NCBI RefSeq assembly: GCF_006345805.1
Contig: NC_043006.1
Coordinates: 4,774,001-4,838,000 of the forward strand
Source: Octopus sinensis
Taxonomy: Eukaryota
Direction: 5' to 3'
DNA length: 64,000 nt
The number at the start of each line of letters is the position of its first letter. The stretch's first letter is position 1. Shown here one piece after another: positions 52,752 through 64,000 of this stretch. Made by a program: the position numbers and the translations under genes. A model generated the notes under the pieces. The model was not told the DNA's origin, ran no database searches, and saw nothing but the letters and a program-made list of their open reading frames with translations.

Positions 52752-53856
52752 AAATCCTTAAATCCTTAAAAATGTTTTAGCCCGAAGGCCGCGGCCATGC
52801 TGGGGCACCACCGCTGAATGAGCTACACTAGTTTGTGAATCAACCTCTGATACGTGGCACTTGATCAACAAGGGAGTTCGATGCTGCTGCCCGCATCCGT
52901 GTCTCCTGTCGTGAGGTAGGTTCATCTGGGACTCCCAACAAGAAGAGATCCAGTTTAGTTTTAAAGAAACCCACATCCACACCATGTAAGTCTCTCAGGC
53001 ATTTAGGGAGGATGTTAAAGAGCTGTGGCCCTCTGAAACCCAAGCTGTTGCAGTATCTGGACCTGTATTTTGATGGTGATGTTGGAATCATTGGCACTAC
53101 GCAGCGGCGCCCCGTACTGCGGCTGGAGTAACTTTGAATGCCAAAGTTTGGGACAAGACCCTCCAGGATTTTCCAGATGTATATCACTGCATATCTCTCC
53201 CGCCTCCGCTCCAGGGAGAAGAGGTTTAATACCTTCAGTCTTTCCCAGTAGCTGACATTTTGCATTGAGACGATTTTCTTTGTGTAGCTTCTCTGAGTTG
53301 CTTCGAGTTCTGCTGTTTGTTTTATATTGTGTGGTGACCAAAGTTGGGAGCAGTAGTCCAAGCGGCTGAGGACGAATGTTTTCCATAGGACCATCAGTGT
53401 CTCCTTCTCTCTTGTTCTGAAAGTTCGGAGAATCCATCCAGCTAGCCGTCTGCATTTTATCACCAGATTAGCAATATGCATTTGGAAAGATGCATCATTG
53501 CTCATGTCAATGCCCAGGTCACGCACTGATTTTGACTCAGGGATTGCAATTCTTCCTGGGCCAGTGTATCTAGTCTTCACGTCATTTACCTTTGTGTGCC
53601 AGTAGCGCAGGGCCTGGAACTTACCTGCATTAAACTGCATGTTGTTGTTCTCAGCCCACCTGTATATTGTGTCCAGCTCATGTTGCAGATGCGCAATATT
53701 TTCAGGGTTTTGTATTGCGTGGGAGACTTTTGTGTCATCTGCATAGCTAGCAAGGGTGGTCATCGTAGCAACTGAAGGCATGTCTGAAAGAGCCACTATG
53801 AACATCAGTGGCCCCAAGACAGTGCCCTGTGGGACACCGCTTGTTATTTGCGTTTC
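52752..53856 (-). mobile_element. 5'-truncated CR1-group LINE with an uninterrupted RT C-terminal ORF
   Basis: ORF 52840-53889 (first residues come from the flanking TA repeat): [34 protein letters not shown]; 3' stem-loop and (TTAAGGAT)n tail; both flanks are TA-rich repeats. Confidence 0.93.
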
Positions 53857-53941
53857 CATATATGTATATACATACATATATGTATGCATATGTATATATA
53901 CATATATATATATCTATACGTTTATATATATATATATATAA

Positions 53942-53977
<36 letters not shown>

Positions 53978-54095
53978 TGTATATATATATATATAATATA
54001 TATATATATATATAATATATATATAAGTATATATATATATATACGTATATCTATCTATCTCTATATATATAAATGTATGTATGTATGTATGTATG

Positions 54096-54150
<55 letters not shown>

Positions 54151-54168
54151 ATATGTATATATATATAT
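53857..54168. repeat. Degenerate (TA)n/(TATG)n tract
   Basis: Direct reading. Confidence 0.9.
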
Positions 54169-54573
54169 GTGTGTGTCTTTGTAGTTTATTTGTAAATGCA
54201 AACACTCACACACACTCATAACGAATCAGTATAAATGATCCCCATTATCCGAAAGCATGCATTTTGACGCTAAATGTAATGTTAATTGAAAACTCAGACG
54301 AAGCATGATATTTAAAATAAATTTATGTAATATGAAGTCTTTCAATCTAGATAATATTTGTAACAGAATATTCCATTTCAAAAAGGCAAAAAAATTAATA
54401 GTTAAAAATAAAAAAAGAAGACAAAAGAAAAAGATCTCACCACGAGAAATACGGCGAACACATACACACACGCACACACACGTATGTTTATGAGTGTGTG
54501 TGTGAATGTATGTATGAGTATGTAAGAAAGAGTGCGTGTGTGCGTTATAGCTATCTGTCTGTTTGCCTGCCTG

Positions 54574-54574
<1 letters not shown>

Positions 54575-54651
<77 letters not shown>

Positions 54652-54664
54652 GATCTATCCATCC

Positions 54665-54723
<59 letters not shown>
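54575..54723. repeat. (TATC)n microsatellite
   Basis: Direct reading. Confidence 0.95.
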
Positions 54724-55057
54724 AATTTTTTCCTTGGTGCTGGCCAGATTGGAGCAATCTTAAGATTAATCAGCCGAAATTGCGAGGATGATCCGGTTCT
54801 TGACTGAGGATAAAAGACTTCGAATGAACCGTCCTTGTTTTTTTGCATCGTCTGTCTGGATGTTTTGTTGTCCCTTTTTGTATCAACTGGTTGTCCGGAT
54901 GCTTTGCGTTTTTGTCCCAATTTGTATTTTATTTTATATATATATATATATATAATATTATTAGAGACAAAATTTGGATTTATTCCCTAATATTTATTAT
55001 TATATATATATATATATATATAGCGGCGCACGTACACTTTGTTCTCTTATATGTAAG

Positions 55058-55193
<136 letters not shown>

Positions 55194-55581
55194 AATCTAC
55201 CTAGCCATTACCTTGTAACTTGTCCCATCTGTGTGCAGCCCTGTGTGGCCAATAAAGAAACTTATATATATTTTGTTTTGCTTATACTTTCTCTCTATAC
55301 TGGAATTTCTTATACAGAAATTGTTGTTGACGTTGAAGTTAAGTCTAATTGATTAAGGATCGATAGCAAACAGTCTATTTAGAATTTAGCGTTTACAAGA
55401 AATTTGTACTTTCGTTCTTCAGCTTTTGGCGACGACTTTTTGTCTCAGCCGATGTCGTTTAGAGCTTAAAGTTTCAAATTTTGTGTCTTGAAACATCGCA
55501 CACGGAACACGTGTCTGTGGGCTGCTCAACATAACTCAATGAAGGAGTAGTTGAGTTCATTGAAGAACTGGAATACTCATC

Positions 55582-55644
55582 ATGGAGACTAATGGAGATC
55601 CCTTTATGTCAACATTTTTCTTTTCCATTGTTCACACCCTGAAG
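55582..55644 (+). other. Weak candidate first coding exon
   Basis: ATCATGG start context, 21 codons (METNGDPFMSTFFFSIVHTLK), then AAG|GTATGT donor. No homology recognised. Confidence 0.12.
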
Positions 55645-56087
55645 GTATGTAATTTGTTGCTGTTAAACAAGACACTTATACCACACACATTTCAGAATAT
55701 AGAGGTGATATACATTGCCAGATTGCTGTAGACTTAGAGTCGCCGTGTGTTTCCTGAGCAATCTGAGGTGTTTAAGTGAGAAACTCAAGTAATGTAAGTT
55801 TAGTTTATGCTCTGCGAATTAAATCAGGATATTATCTCTAAATAAATACATTATGAATCAACATAGTATCATTTCACTTTTGAATAACACTTTATATATA
55901 TATATATATATATATATCCTCGAAATATACTTAGTTACTAAGTATAATATTATTATATATCAAAATTACTTTATAAAATAAATGAATACATACACACACA
56001 TATATGTATGTATACTGGAAATATTATATTTAGATACTAAGTATAATATTATCACATACTAGAAATACTTTATGAACTAAATAAAGA

Positions 56088-56210
<123 letters not shown>

Positions 56211-56790
56211 CTTCTACCTAGCCTATCTATCTACCTATCTACCTATTCATAATGTTTACTAATTAAAAAAATGATTAGTATCGAATTAAAGTTATGACAG
56301 CAAAAATATACTTGATGCTTTAAATTACTTAGATATGCAATCAATATCAAACGCGCACCTGCGTACATAAATACGTACGTACGTAATACATACATACATG
56401 CATACATAAATACACACATTCACAAATACATACATCCATGCATGCATACATGCATACTTACATACATACGGGCATATAAATGATATATATACAGTAAAGA
56501 AGTTTAAATGAGTAGGTTTATTAAACATACATTTATCTTTGCTGTGAAAAATTTCCGTACGTAGTTGCAAACACAGGGTTTCTCATTTGTAGAATACTCA
56601 TGATGAGACGGTAATGAGCAGTCGAGTTGATCTGCAGATGTAGCTTTGATCACTCTGTGTACGTTTTTTAAGATTTGATAACTCTGTGTACGTTTGTTAA
56701 GGACATACAAAAAAACCGTTTTTGCAGTTTTTTACTGCATCAGTTCTTTAAATAGTTAAAACGTATCGCCAACTAATGTACAGATATGTA

Positions 56791-57943
56791 CAGCACCGTG
56801 CAAAAATCTTCAGCTACTTTAAACTATTGTAAATTTTTACTAATTGCCAACATATATGTGGATGTTTCGCATTGCGTTTTTTTACAGATGAAACATTGGC
56901 CCTGCTTCAATGCGCTTGGGAAGAGATGCGTACAAATCCTTTGCCATCTTCACAGGTATGAGATGCCATTCTCTGTTGCTGAGCTACCACAATTCTTTAA
57001 GATTGTGTGGGTTCTTTTGATAAACTCTTCTCTTTAGTTCCGTCCATATTTTCTTGATGATATTTATGTCATGGATCTGAGCTGATCAATCTTTCCATAC
57101 GGTAATATTTGCATCAGTCAGACTCTGTTGTATTGCACGCAATCTGTGGCATGGAGCTCCGTCATGCTGAAAAATCTCACCTCCATCCAAGTCTGCTATG
57201 AATTTGTCCTTCAACAACTGGATGTATTTGGCACTATTGAAGTTACCATCAGTTTTAACCAGCTTTCTTGAACCATCATTTTTTATGTATCCTTAAAGCA
57301 TCAAACTTTTACCTCCAAAGCTTCACTGTTTTTGTCGAGTAACGTCATTGTTTCGCTTTTTCGGAGGCCTTCTGACAAATTCTCGCTTGATAGAAAGCGA
57401 AACGACCCACGTTTGACGTGACTTAAATATCATCAAGCAAATGTGGACGGAGCTAAAGAGAAGAGTTTGTCACAAGAATCCACGCAATCTTGAAGAGTTG
57501 TAGGAGCTCAGCCTCAGAGAATGGCATCTCATACCAGTGAAGATGGTGAAGGATTTGTATGCATCCCTTCCCAGGCGCATTGAAGCAATTATTCAACCTA
57601 AGGGAAGCCAACTAAATATCAACAATGTTCAGTAACTTCTTGAAATGAATATTATGTAATGAATTTTCGTTATAGGCATTTTTCTGTTTTAAAACACTGT
57701 ATCTTGATTGATTTATGTGAGGTGGCCGAAAACATTTGCAAGACCATTTTTGGTGGTCGTCTCACATTTTCCACTCTCATTCAGGACCCCTACTACAAAA
57801 TATAATAAGTAGGTATGGAAATGACTCCAACGGGGCCAATGTTTCATCTGTAAAAATCGCAATGCGAAACATTCACTTATAAGTTTGCAATTACAAGAAA
57901 TTTACAAAAAGTTTAAAGTAGTCGAAGGCTTCGCACGCTACTG
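56791..57943. mobile_element. Rearranged Tc1-like DNA transposon with about 110-bp TIRs and TA TSD
   Basis: TA|CAGCACCGTGC...GGCCC (56791-56902) vs GGGCC...GCACGCTACTG|TA (57833-57943); minus-strand transposase C-half FQHDGAPCH..HDINIIK (about 57400-56903) and an inverted second copy of its C-terminus at 57417-57620 on the plus strand. Confidence 0.88.
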
Positions 57944-58023
57944 TAAAAGAAGTATCCGATGCTCATTGTATTTTTAATATGATTTTATAAACTACATCGT
58001 AATATCTTTAGAACAAATGAAAC

Positions 58024-58069
58024 TAACTCCTGATGAGTCGTCGCTTTGTAGGCGAAGTTAGTTGAGTTG
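58024..58069 (+). ncRNA. Decayed hammerhead-like motif
   Basis: TAACTC|CTGATGA|GTC..GGC|GAAG-TTAGT|T|GAGTTG: helix I and the 5' core intact; GAAAC has become GAAGT. Confidence 0.3.
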
Positions 58070-58815
58070 ATCGTCTGTTATGGAGATAGAACAAGGCTAA
58101 TTGTGTGTTTATCAAACTTAAGCGTAAATTATTCACAACTTATTCATCTACGCAAATGCACACATCATCTAACTGTAAGACATATTTCTGCGTGGCTACC
58201 TCCTTGCGGTTTTAGACACTTCTTTAGTCGTTCATATTTCATTAAGAACTACCGTTTGTATATACAAACAACAAAATATGCATTTGCTGGCGCATGCAAA
58301 GCTTTATCAAGCTGCAAGTAATTATAAGCACACTAAGCAGCGATAATTGAAAATAAATCTGAGTACATTTATATTTAACACGGAAAGACGTTCTATTTAT
58401 AATGATAAATCATTGTGCAGCTATCTCTAGGAAAGTATTTTCCTGTCTTTTAGTCTAATGCTATGTCGAAGACATTTGGCTTTCGTTTATTGCTTATGGT
58501 TGTGCATAAGAGAAACCCCTAAAATATTCCTGTTTATTCCCGTATGAACCGGTCACTGATGTCCTAATTTGTATCGTACGAGATAACTAAACAGATTCGA
58601 CTAAGAAGAAAAATAGGGTCGACTGTTTCAATTTCCCCCCACCCCCATAATTATATTACATCTAAAATGAAGATTGGAACAATCATTTGTGGTAGTCATT
58701 GTTTACACCATAATCAGCAGCCGGACCATTGCTGTCGTCTTGATTATCATAAGCACCATCATCATCATAAGAAACTGAATACAACAAGAGTCAGAAATAG
58801 AAAATACTATGCTAT

Positions 58816-59226
58816 AAGGCGGCGAGCTGGCCGAAACGTTAGCATGCTGGGCGAAATGCGTAGCCGTATTTCGTCTGCCGTTACGTTCTGAGTTCAAATT
58901 TCGCCGAGGTCGACTTTGCCTTTCATCATTTCGGGGTCGATAAAATTAAGTACCAGTTACGCACTGGGGTCGATATAATCGACTTAATCCGTTTGTCTAT
59001 CCTTGTTTGTCCTCTCTGTGTTTAGCCCCTTGTGGGTAGTAAGGAAATAGGTATTTCGTCTGCTTTTACGTTCTCAGTTCAAATTCCGCCGAGGTCGACT
59101 TTGCCTTTCATCCTTTTGGGGTCGATAAATTAAGTACCAGTTACACACTGGGGTCGATGTAATCGACTTAATCCGTTTGTCTGTCCTTGTTTATCCCCTC
59201 TATGTTTAGTCCCTTGTGGGTAGTAA
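58816..59226 (+). mobile_element. SINE family B dimer with a 23-bp TSD
   Basis: Junction AAGGAAATAG|GTATTTCG at 59050/59051; AGAAATAGAAAATA(C/T)TATGCTAT at 58793-58815 and 59227-59249. Confidence 0.93.
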
Positions 59227-60224
59227 AGAAATAGAAAATATTATGCTATGTTGCTGCATTAATTTCTGGTAGATTTCACATGTAGATGCGGAAATATTTG
59301 GAGCACTTACCACGCCAAGCCCTTCCATTAAACTAAGTGAAAGAAATTATTTTGGAATTTAATTTCGGCGACAATATTTTGAAAATGAAATTTGCTTTCA
59401 AATCTTATTTAGAAAACTTTGAAATCGCTAATTCGATCAGAGCTAAACGAAATATAATGTTACTAGAGCGTAGATGGACGAAAGAAACGAAAATACATTG
59501 CCAACATTTCATAGACAGAAATCTATAGGAACTGATTACTTCTTTGCCCAATTTAACAGCGACCCATTATATGCCAAACTGCTAATAGTTTAGGCGCCCC
59601 GAAACTAGCAACCATGTCGTATTAAATGTATTTAATCTAGGAAGTAAATGCATATCAATTTTGCTGAATTTTACTAGTATTAGTAATTTAGGAAAATCGT
59701 TTGCTTGTTCTTAGATGAACTGGTTTTCATGAGACAAAATATAATAATTATTTAATATAAACTATGTCATTCACATACTGTGAGTCAATACATAAAGCTT
59801 TGCTTATCGTTTCTAGCCAAATCTCATATATTTTGTTTTTGAGGGAGGGTGGGGTTAATCGATTCAACTTATTCTGTTTTTGACTGGTATTTTATCAATA
59901 CCGGAAGGGTGGACGGCAAAGCGGACCTCAGCAGGATTTCAACACAGATTGTAGAGAGCTGGAACAAATGCTGTAAGGAATTTTGTCTGAATCTTTAAGG
60001 ATTCTACTATTTTATCAGCTCAGTCATTCCTGTGTTTCGGTCATGGCGAGAATTTCTTCTTTACCATCTAATTTTTCCTGCCTGAGGCGCCGACTAAAAA
60101 CAGAACGTCGATGAAAGAGAATAACAGAATAATAGTTTACTGGATCAACTGATACATTTTACATATACATGCACGTGCATGTCCGTGAACGCACTCGCGC
60201 ACACACGCACACGCACGCACGCAC

Positions 60225-60338
60225 ACTTATTCTATCGGTTCCTTTTTGCCGAACCGCTAGTTGACGGGGACATAAACACACCAAGCGATGGTGGGGGAGA
60301 CAAACACAGACACAAACAACAAACACGTACCTACATAG

Positions 60339-60404
<66 letters not shown>

Positions 60405-60567
60405 GACGGGCTTCTTTCAGTTTCCGTCTACCAAATTCACTCACAAGGCTTTGGTCGGCCCGAGGCTATAGTAGAAGACACTTGCCCAAGGTCCCACGCA
60501 ATGGGACTGAACCCAGAACCATGTGGTTGGGAAGCAAGTTTGTTACCATACAACCACTCCTGCGCCT
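60225..60567 (-). mobile_element. SINE family A, 3' end missing
   Basis: Head AGGCGCAGGAGTGGTTGTATGG...GGGTTCAGTCCC and family-A body. Confidence 0.88.
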
Positions 60568-60595
60568 AATATATGTATATATATATATGTATATG

Positions 60596-60627
<32 letters not shown>

Positions 60628-61105
60628 TGTATGTATGTATGTATGTATGCCTCTGTGTGTGTGTATGATTTGATACAAGATGGTTATATCTGTCTGCTAT
60701 TTGAAATTTCACCAACTTAATAACAGTAACTTTCAGGCTCACTGTTGTGCTTTTGTATAATAATCCTGAATATTATAGTGATTCGTTTAGTTTAAAAAAA
60801 TGGAGATAGTAATAGGCAAAAGTTTGAATATGAATGGATTAGTTTCAGTCGGGAGGTGAAAGAGTGTTGGGAGTTTGTCATTAGAAATCAATTTCCTTTT
60901 CAGAAAGAGATGCAGATCCGTTTCTATAGAGGAAGGCATGAAGCGAAAAAAGAAAGAAAAAATCTAAGCAGGATGCAATGCGACTAGAAAAAATACTAAA
61001 GTATTTCCTCTGAATTACATCGAAAAGATACAAAATCAACAGCGAAATGACTGCGATCAAAACTCCTCAGAATTCGAAAGTAGGAGCGGTGTTGTCTATT
61101 GGTAT

Positions 61106-61154
<49 letters not shown>

Positions 61155-61156
61155 AC

Positions 61157-61189
<33 letters not shown>

Positions 61190-61539
61190 GTGTGTGTGTG
61201 TATATCATAAAAAAATAAAAGCAAACCGACCTTTTGTAATGAATATTTTATCAACTATCAGTGGTACTGGCATGCCAGAATTTGATGCGTAAAATGTAAA
61301 ATGTATACAGCATGAGAATATCAATGTAAGAATAGCTGCTTATTTTGGGCAGTCATAAGAGCCAAGTAAAAACTGGGAAGGAAGCAGCTTAGAGGTGTAC
61401 TGAGAAACTTGTTACCATCAAAACTGTGATACGACGGCGCGAGAGGAATTTGTAGGGCTAGATTATGTGAAAACATTTGATTATTTTACTCATGAGAGGT
61501 AGCTAGTTTCGGAGACATCATCAAAGACTTAGACAAGCA

Positions 61540-61880
61540 CTCTTCTTCGTGGATAACAGTATTACAATTAAATAAAGCAACAGGATGAAGTATCACAGAT
61601 ATATTTTGAGGGGAAAGATTCTCTGCAATGCTATTTATATTCGCAGTGAACTCCATATCAAATTTGTTGAGGAAATCTAAATGACATGGTTTGCAGGAAG
61701 AGAGAAGCGCCAAATTGGTACGTAGCTTCTTTGTTTACGGCGTAAAAGCATATTAAAAACATATAAAATTATATTAAGAAGAACTTTGACCTGGTTATTG
61801 CATTCTTTGAAAATACAAGAGGCCGAATTTGGACAAAGCAAATGTTCTTGTTTGGGTGTAAAACTAAGATAACCTTCAAA
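61540..61880 (+). mobile_element. R4/Dong-clade LINE RT relic
   Basis: Broken translation MLFIFAVNSISNLLRKSK..FFVYGVKAY..EFGQSKC, matching GDSLSPLLF.IA.NPLS.LL..HL.FVDDLKLY..EFG.DKC. Confidence 0.5.
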
Positions 61881-62279
61881 TCAGTCTTGCAACATTTCTT
61901 TCTGTGGGATGCCTAGGTTTCCAATATCCAGCGTACGTAATGGCGGATGAAAATATATCTCATGATACTTATAACAAGAAACTAGTTACTAGTGAATATT
62001 AACGACGGATTAAAACAATGTGGTCCCCCGAGACCAATATGTGTAATACATCAGAGGCTGACAATGTTTTTGCTATAATAATCAATACTCATGCCAATAT
62101 TTAGGTTATTAGATTAGCAGTAAAATGAGATCCAAGCCACTCAGTGAAAATACTCAAACTATTGAACACCACGTTAGTTGTGATATTGGCTGCCTCGACA
62201 TAAAACGAAAACAAACAGGAATTTAATATCGATTGAGTCAGACTACCTTTCCCTCTAAGTCTTTGAGGGCGGTAATGGG

Positions 62280-62920
62280 GTGTCCTCCGGATACACTAAC
62301 CTATCATTAAAGCCAAAGCTCCCTAGCACGTTGTTATAATAGGTTGCAGCCCTGTTGAAGATATTCCTGCTCGCCGATTGAACAAGAGTCTTCTACCGAT
62401 ATCTGAGACTCAGTTTCTAATTCCAGCTGGATTGGTTGGCGTTTTCCTGTAAGGTTAGTACTCGAGGTATTGAGGTCTACGGTGACAGCTAAGAAGTCGT
62501 CTATGGTTAACTCGGTTCGTGGTAACAGTTATAGTTAGGCCGAATTCTTTGAGGATGTGTGCGAGATTCTGCCGTAGCTTTTCGTAAAGCTTTAAAATTG
62601 CTGGGCTCTCCTTCCTGCAAAGAGTTGAGTTGAGGAAACATAAGAGAAAACAGTATACATTCGGTAATTGAATATACACAACTTAGCTGATAAATGCAGG
62701 TGTCCTGCGCTACATTTACATCAGAAAAGATCTGTAAAGTTTCCCCTATTTCCCCTACAGAGATTATCTGCATGTATTCAATGTGAACTTACTTTATTCA
62801 AAGATAACTTTAATTGTTTTGCTTTCATTACGCTTCCAAAGATGCCGGTAAACATATTTGATATTCAGATGGAGAGGGGTTTAGCCAGTTTCCAGAAATC
62901 TTCATAAATAAATTTGCCGT
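62280..62920 (-). mobile_element. Penelope-like RT relic
   Basis: LRQNLAHILKEFGLTITVTTN..DFLAVTVDLNT and IFNRAATYYNNVLGSFGF, typical of the PLE RT C-terminal region. Confidence 0.7.
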
Positions 62921-63075
62921 TTTAATGTGAAAACTGAGACGATGTGTCTTCAATTGGGTGTGACGTAATAACTTGCTACAGTCCCACAAGGCAAATACTT
63001 CTCATGTTAACATAAAAAATATTCCTATATTCTAGTTTTTGCGAACCCTAAAATTTCCAGTTGACTGGAAACACA

Positions 63076-63114
63076 CCTTCTTCTTCTTCTTCTTCTTCTC
63101 TTCTTCTTCTTCTT

Positions 63115-63175
<61 letters not shown>

Positions 63176-63195
63176 TATATATATAATATATACAC

Positions 63196-63228
<33 letters not shown>

Positions 63229-63260
63229 TATACATATATAAATATATATGTACGTATACA
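63076..63260. repeat. Compound (CTT)n-(AAT)n-(TA)n microsatellite
   Basis: Direct reading. Confidence 0.95.
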
Positions 63261-63768
63261 TACTCACATACACACACACATTGATGACTTCTACTGAAAT
63301 TAATATCGCGCCGCATTTTCTGTGACAAGATAGCAGAAAACATGTTTCCACATCATTTAATGATTGCTTTCATCATTAATTTTAGACCAATTCAAATGCC
63401 TTCTTGGAGATATCCCCTTTCTGCTTAGGTTGAAAGTAGACACCGTTACATTGCAGAAGAGCCACGCATCACAGGGATATTAAATATAAAACAAAATCTT
63501 ACGAAAATTTTAATGGCAGATTTGTTAAATCTAGACTGTTCTTTAATTCTATGGAATCATAGAATTAGACACAAACATAGAAACTATAGAAAGTTCTAAC
63601 TAAAACTAAGGAAAGTTTTAAACACTGCAACAGAGCTTTATAGAGACACTCTTTATACTGACTTCTTTTGAGTAGATAGTTAATATTTTCTAAGAAAATT
63701 GGAAGTAAAAGGAACTTAGCTGCTGAATGAACCCGTATTTAAGCCCGAATCTTGCTTTACGGCACTCG

Positions 63769-64000
63769 AAGGCGGCGAGCTGGCAGAATCGTTAGCACGC
63801 CGGGCGAAATGCGTAGCCGTATTTCGTCTGCCGTTGCGTTCTGAGTTCAAATTCCGCCGAGGTCAACTTTGCCTTTCATCCTTTCGGGGTCGATTAACTA
63901 AGTACCAGTTATGCACTGGGGTCGATATAATCGACTTAATTCGTTTGTCTGTCCTTGTTTGTCCCCTCTGTGTTTAACCCCTTGTGGGTAGTAAAGAAAT
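63769..64000 (+). mobile_element. SINE family B, reaching the window edge at the tail
   Basis: AAGGCGGCGAGCTGGCAGAATCG head through CCCCTTGTGGGTAGTAAAGAAAT. Confidence 0.92.

Noticed and set aside
58030-58056. SECIS or box C/D snoRNA reading of CTGATGA...GA
   Set aside because: The helix is too short for SECIS and there is no properly placed box D; a decayed hammerhead fits better.

Overview
Repeat-dominated, AT-rich eukaryotic DNA. The SINE families and the microsatellite load look like an octopus (coleoid cephalopod) genome, but that is recognition from memory and was not verified. No complete host gene is evident; there are only weak splice-site-bounded exon candidates at 12131-12142, 20395-20480 and 55582-55644. 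Contents: (1) a near full-length CR1-group LINE on the minus strand (1553-5747) with a CCCH-finger ORF1, an APE+RT ORF2 broken by six 1-nt deletions and one nonsense codon, and a modular 5' tandem array; (2) a second 5'-truncated copy with an intact RT C-terminus (52752-53856) and a third 3' fragment (421-735); (3) about 20 tRNA-derived SINEs of three families; (4) decayed Penelope, R4/Dong, CR1, L1/Tx1, hAT, mariner, Tc1 and Helitron-like relics; (5) many simple repeats. The most interesting signals are: seven minimal hammerhead-ribozyme-like folds of the Penelope type, two families of them carrying the compensatory U3-A8 core; SINE dimers and trimers with an identical head-less junction that inserted as single units (target-site duplications flank the whole multimer); a covarying 3' stem-loop shared by three LINE subfamilies and one SINE family; a near-perfect palindrome with 325-bp arms; and a Tc1 element built from two 3' ends. 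Most short ORFs in the supplied track are microsatellite or antisense artefacts.
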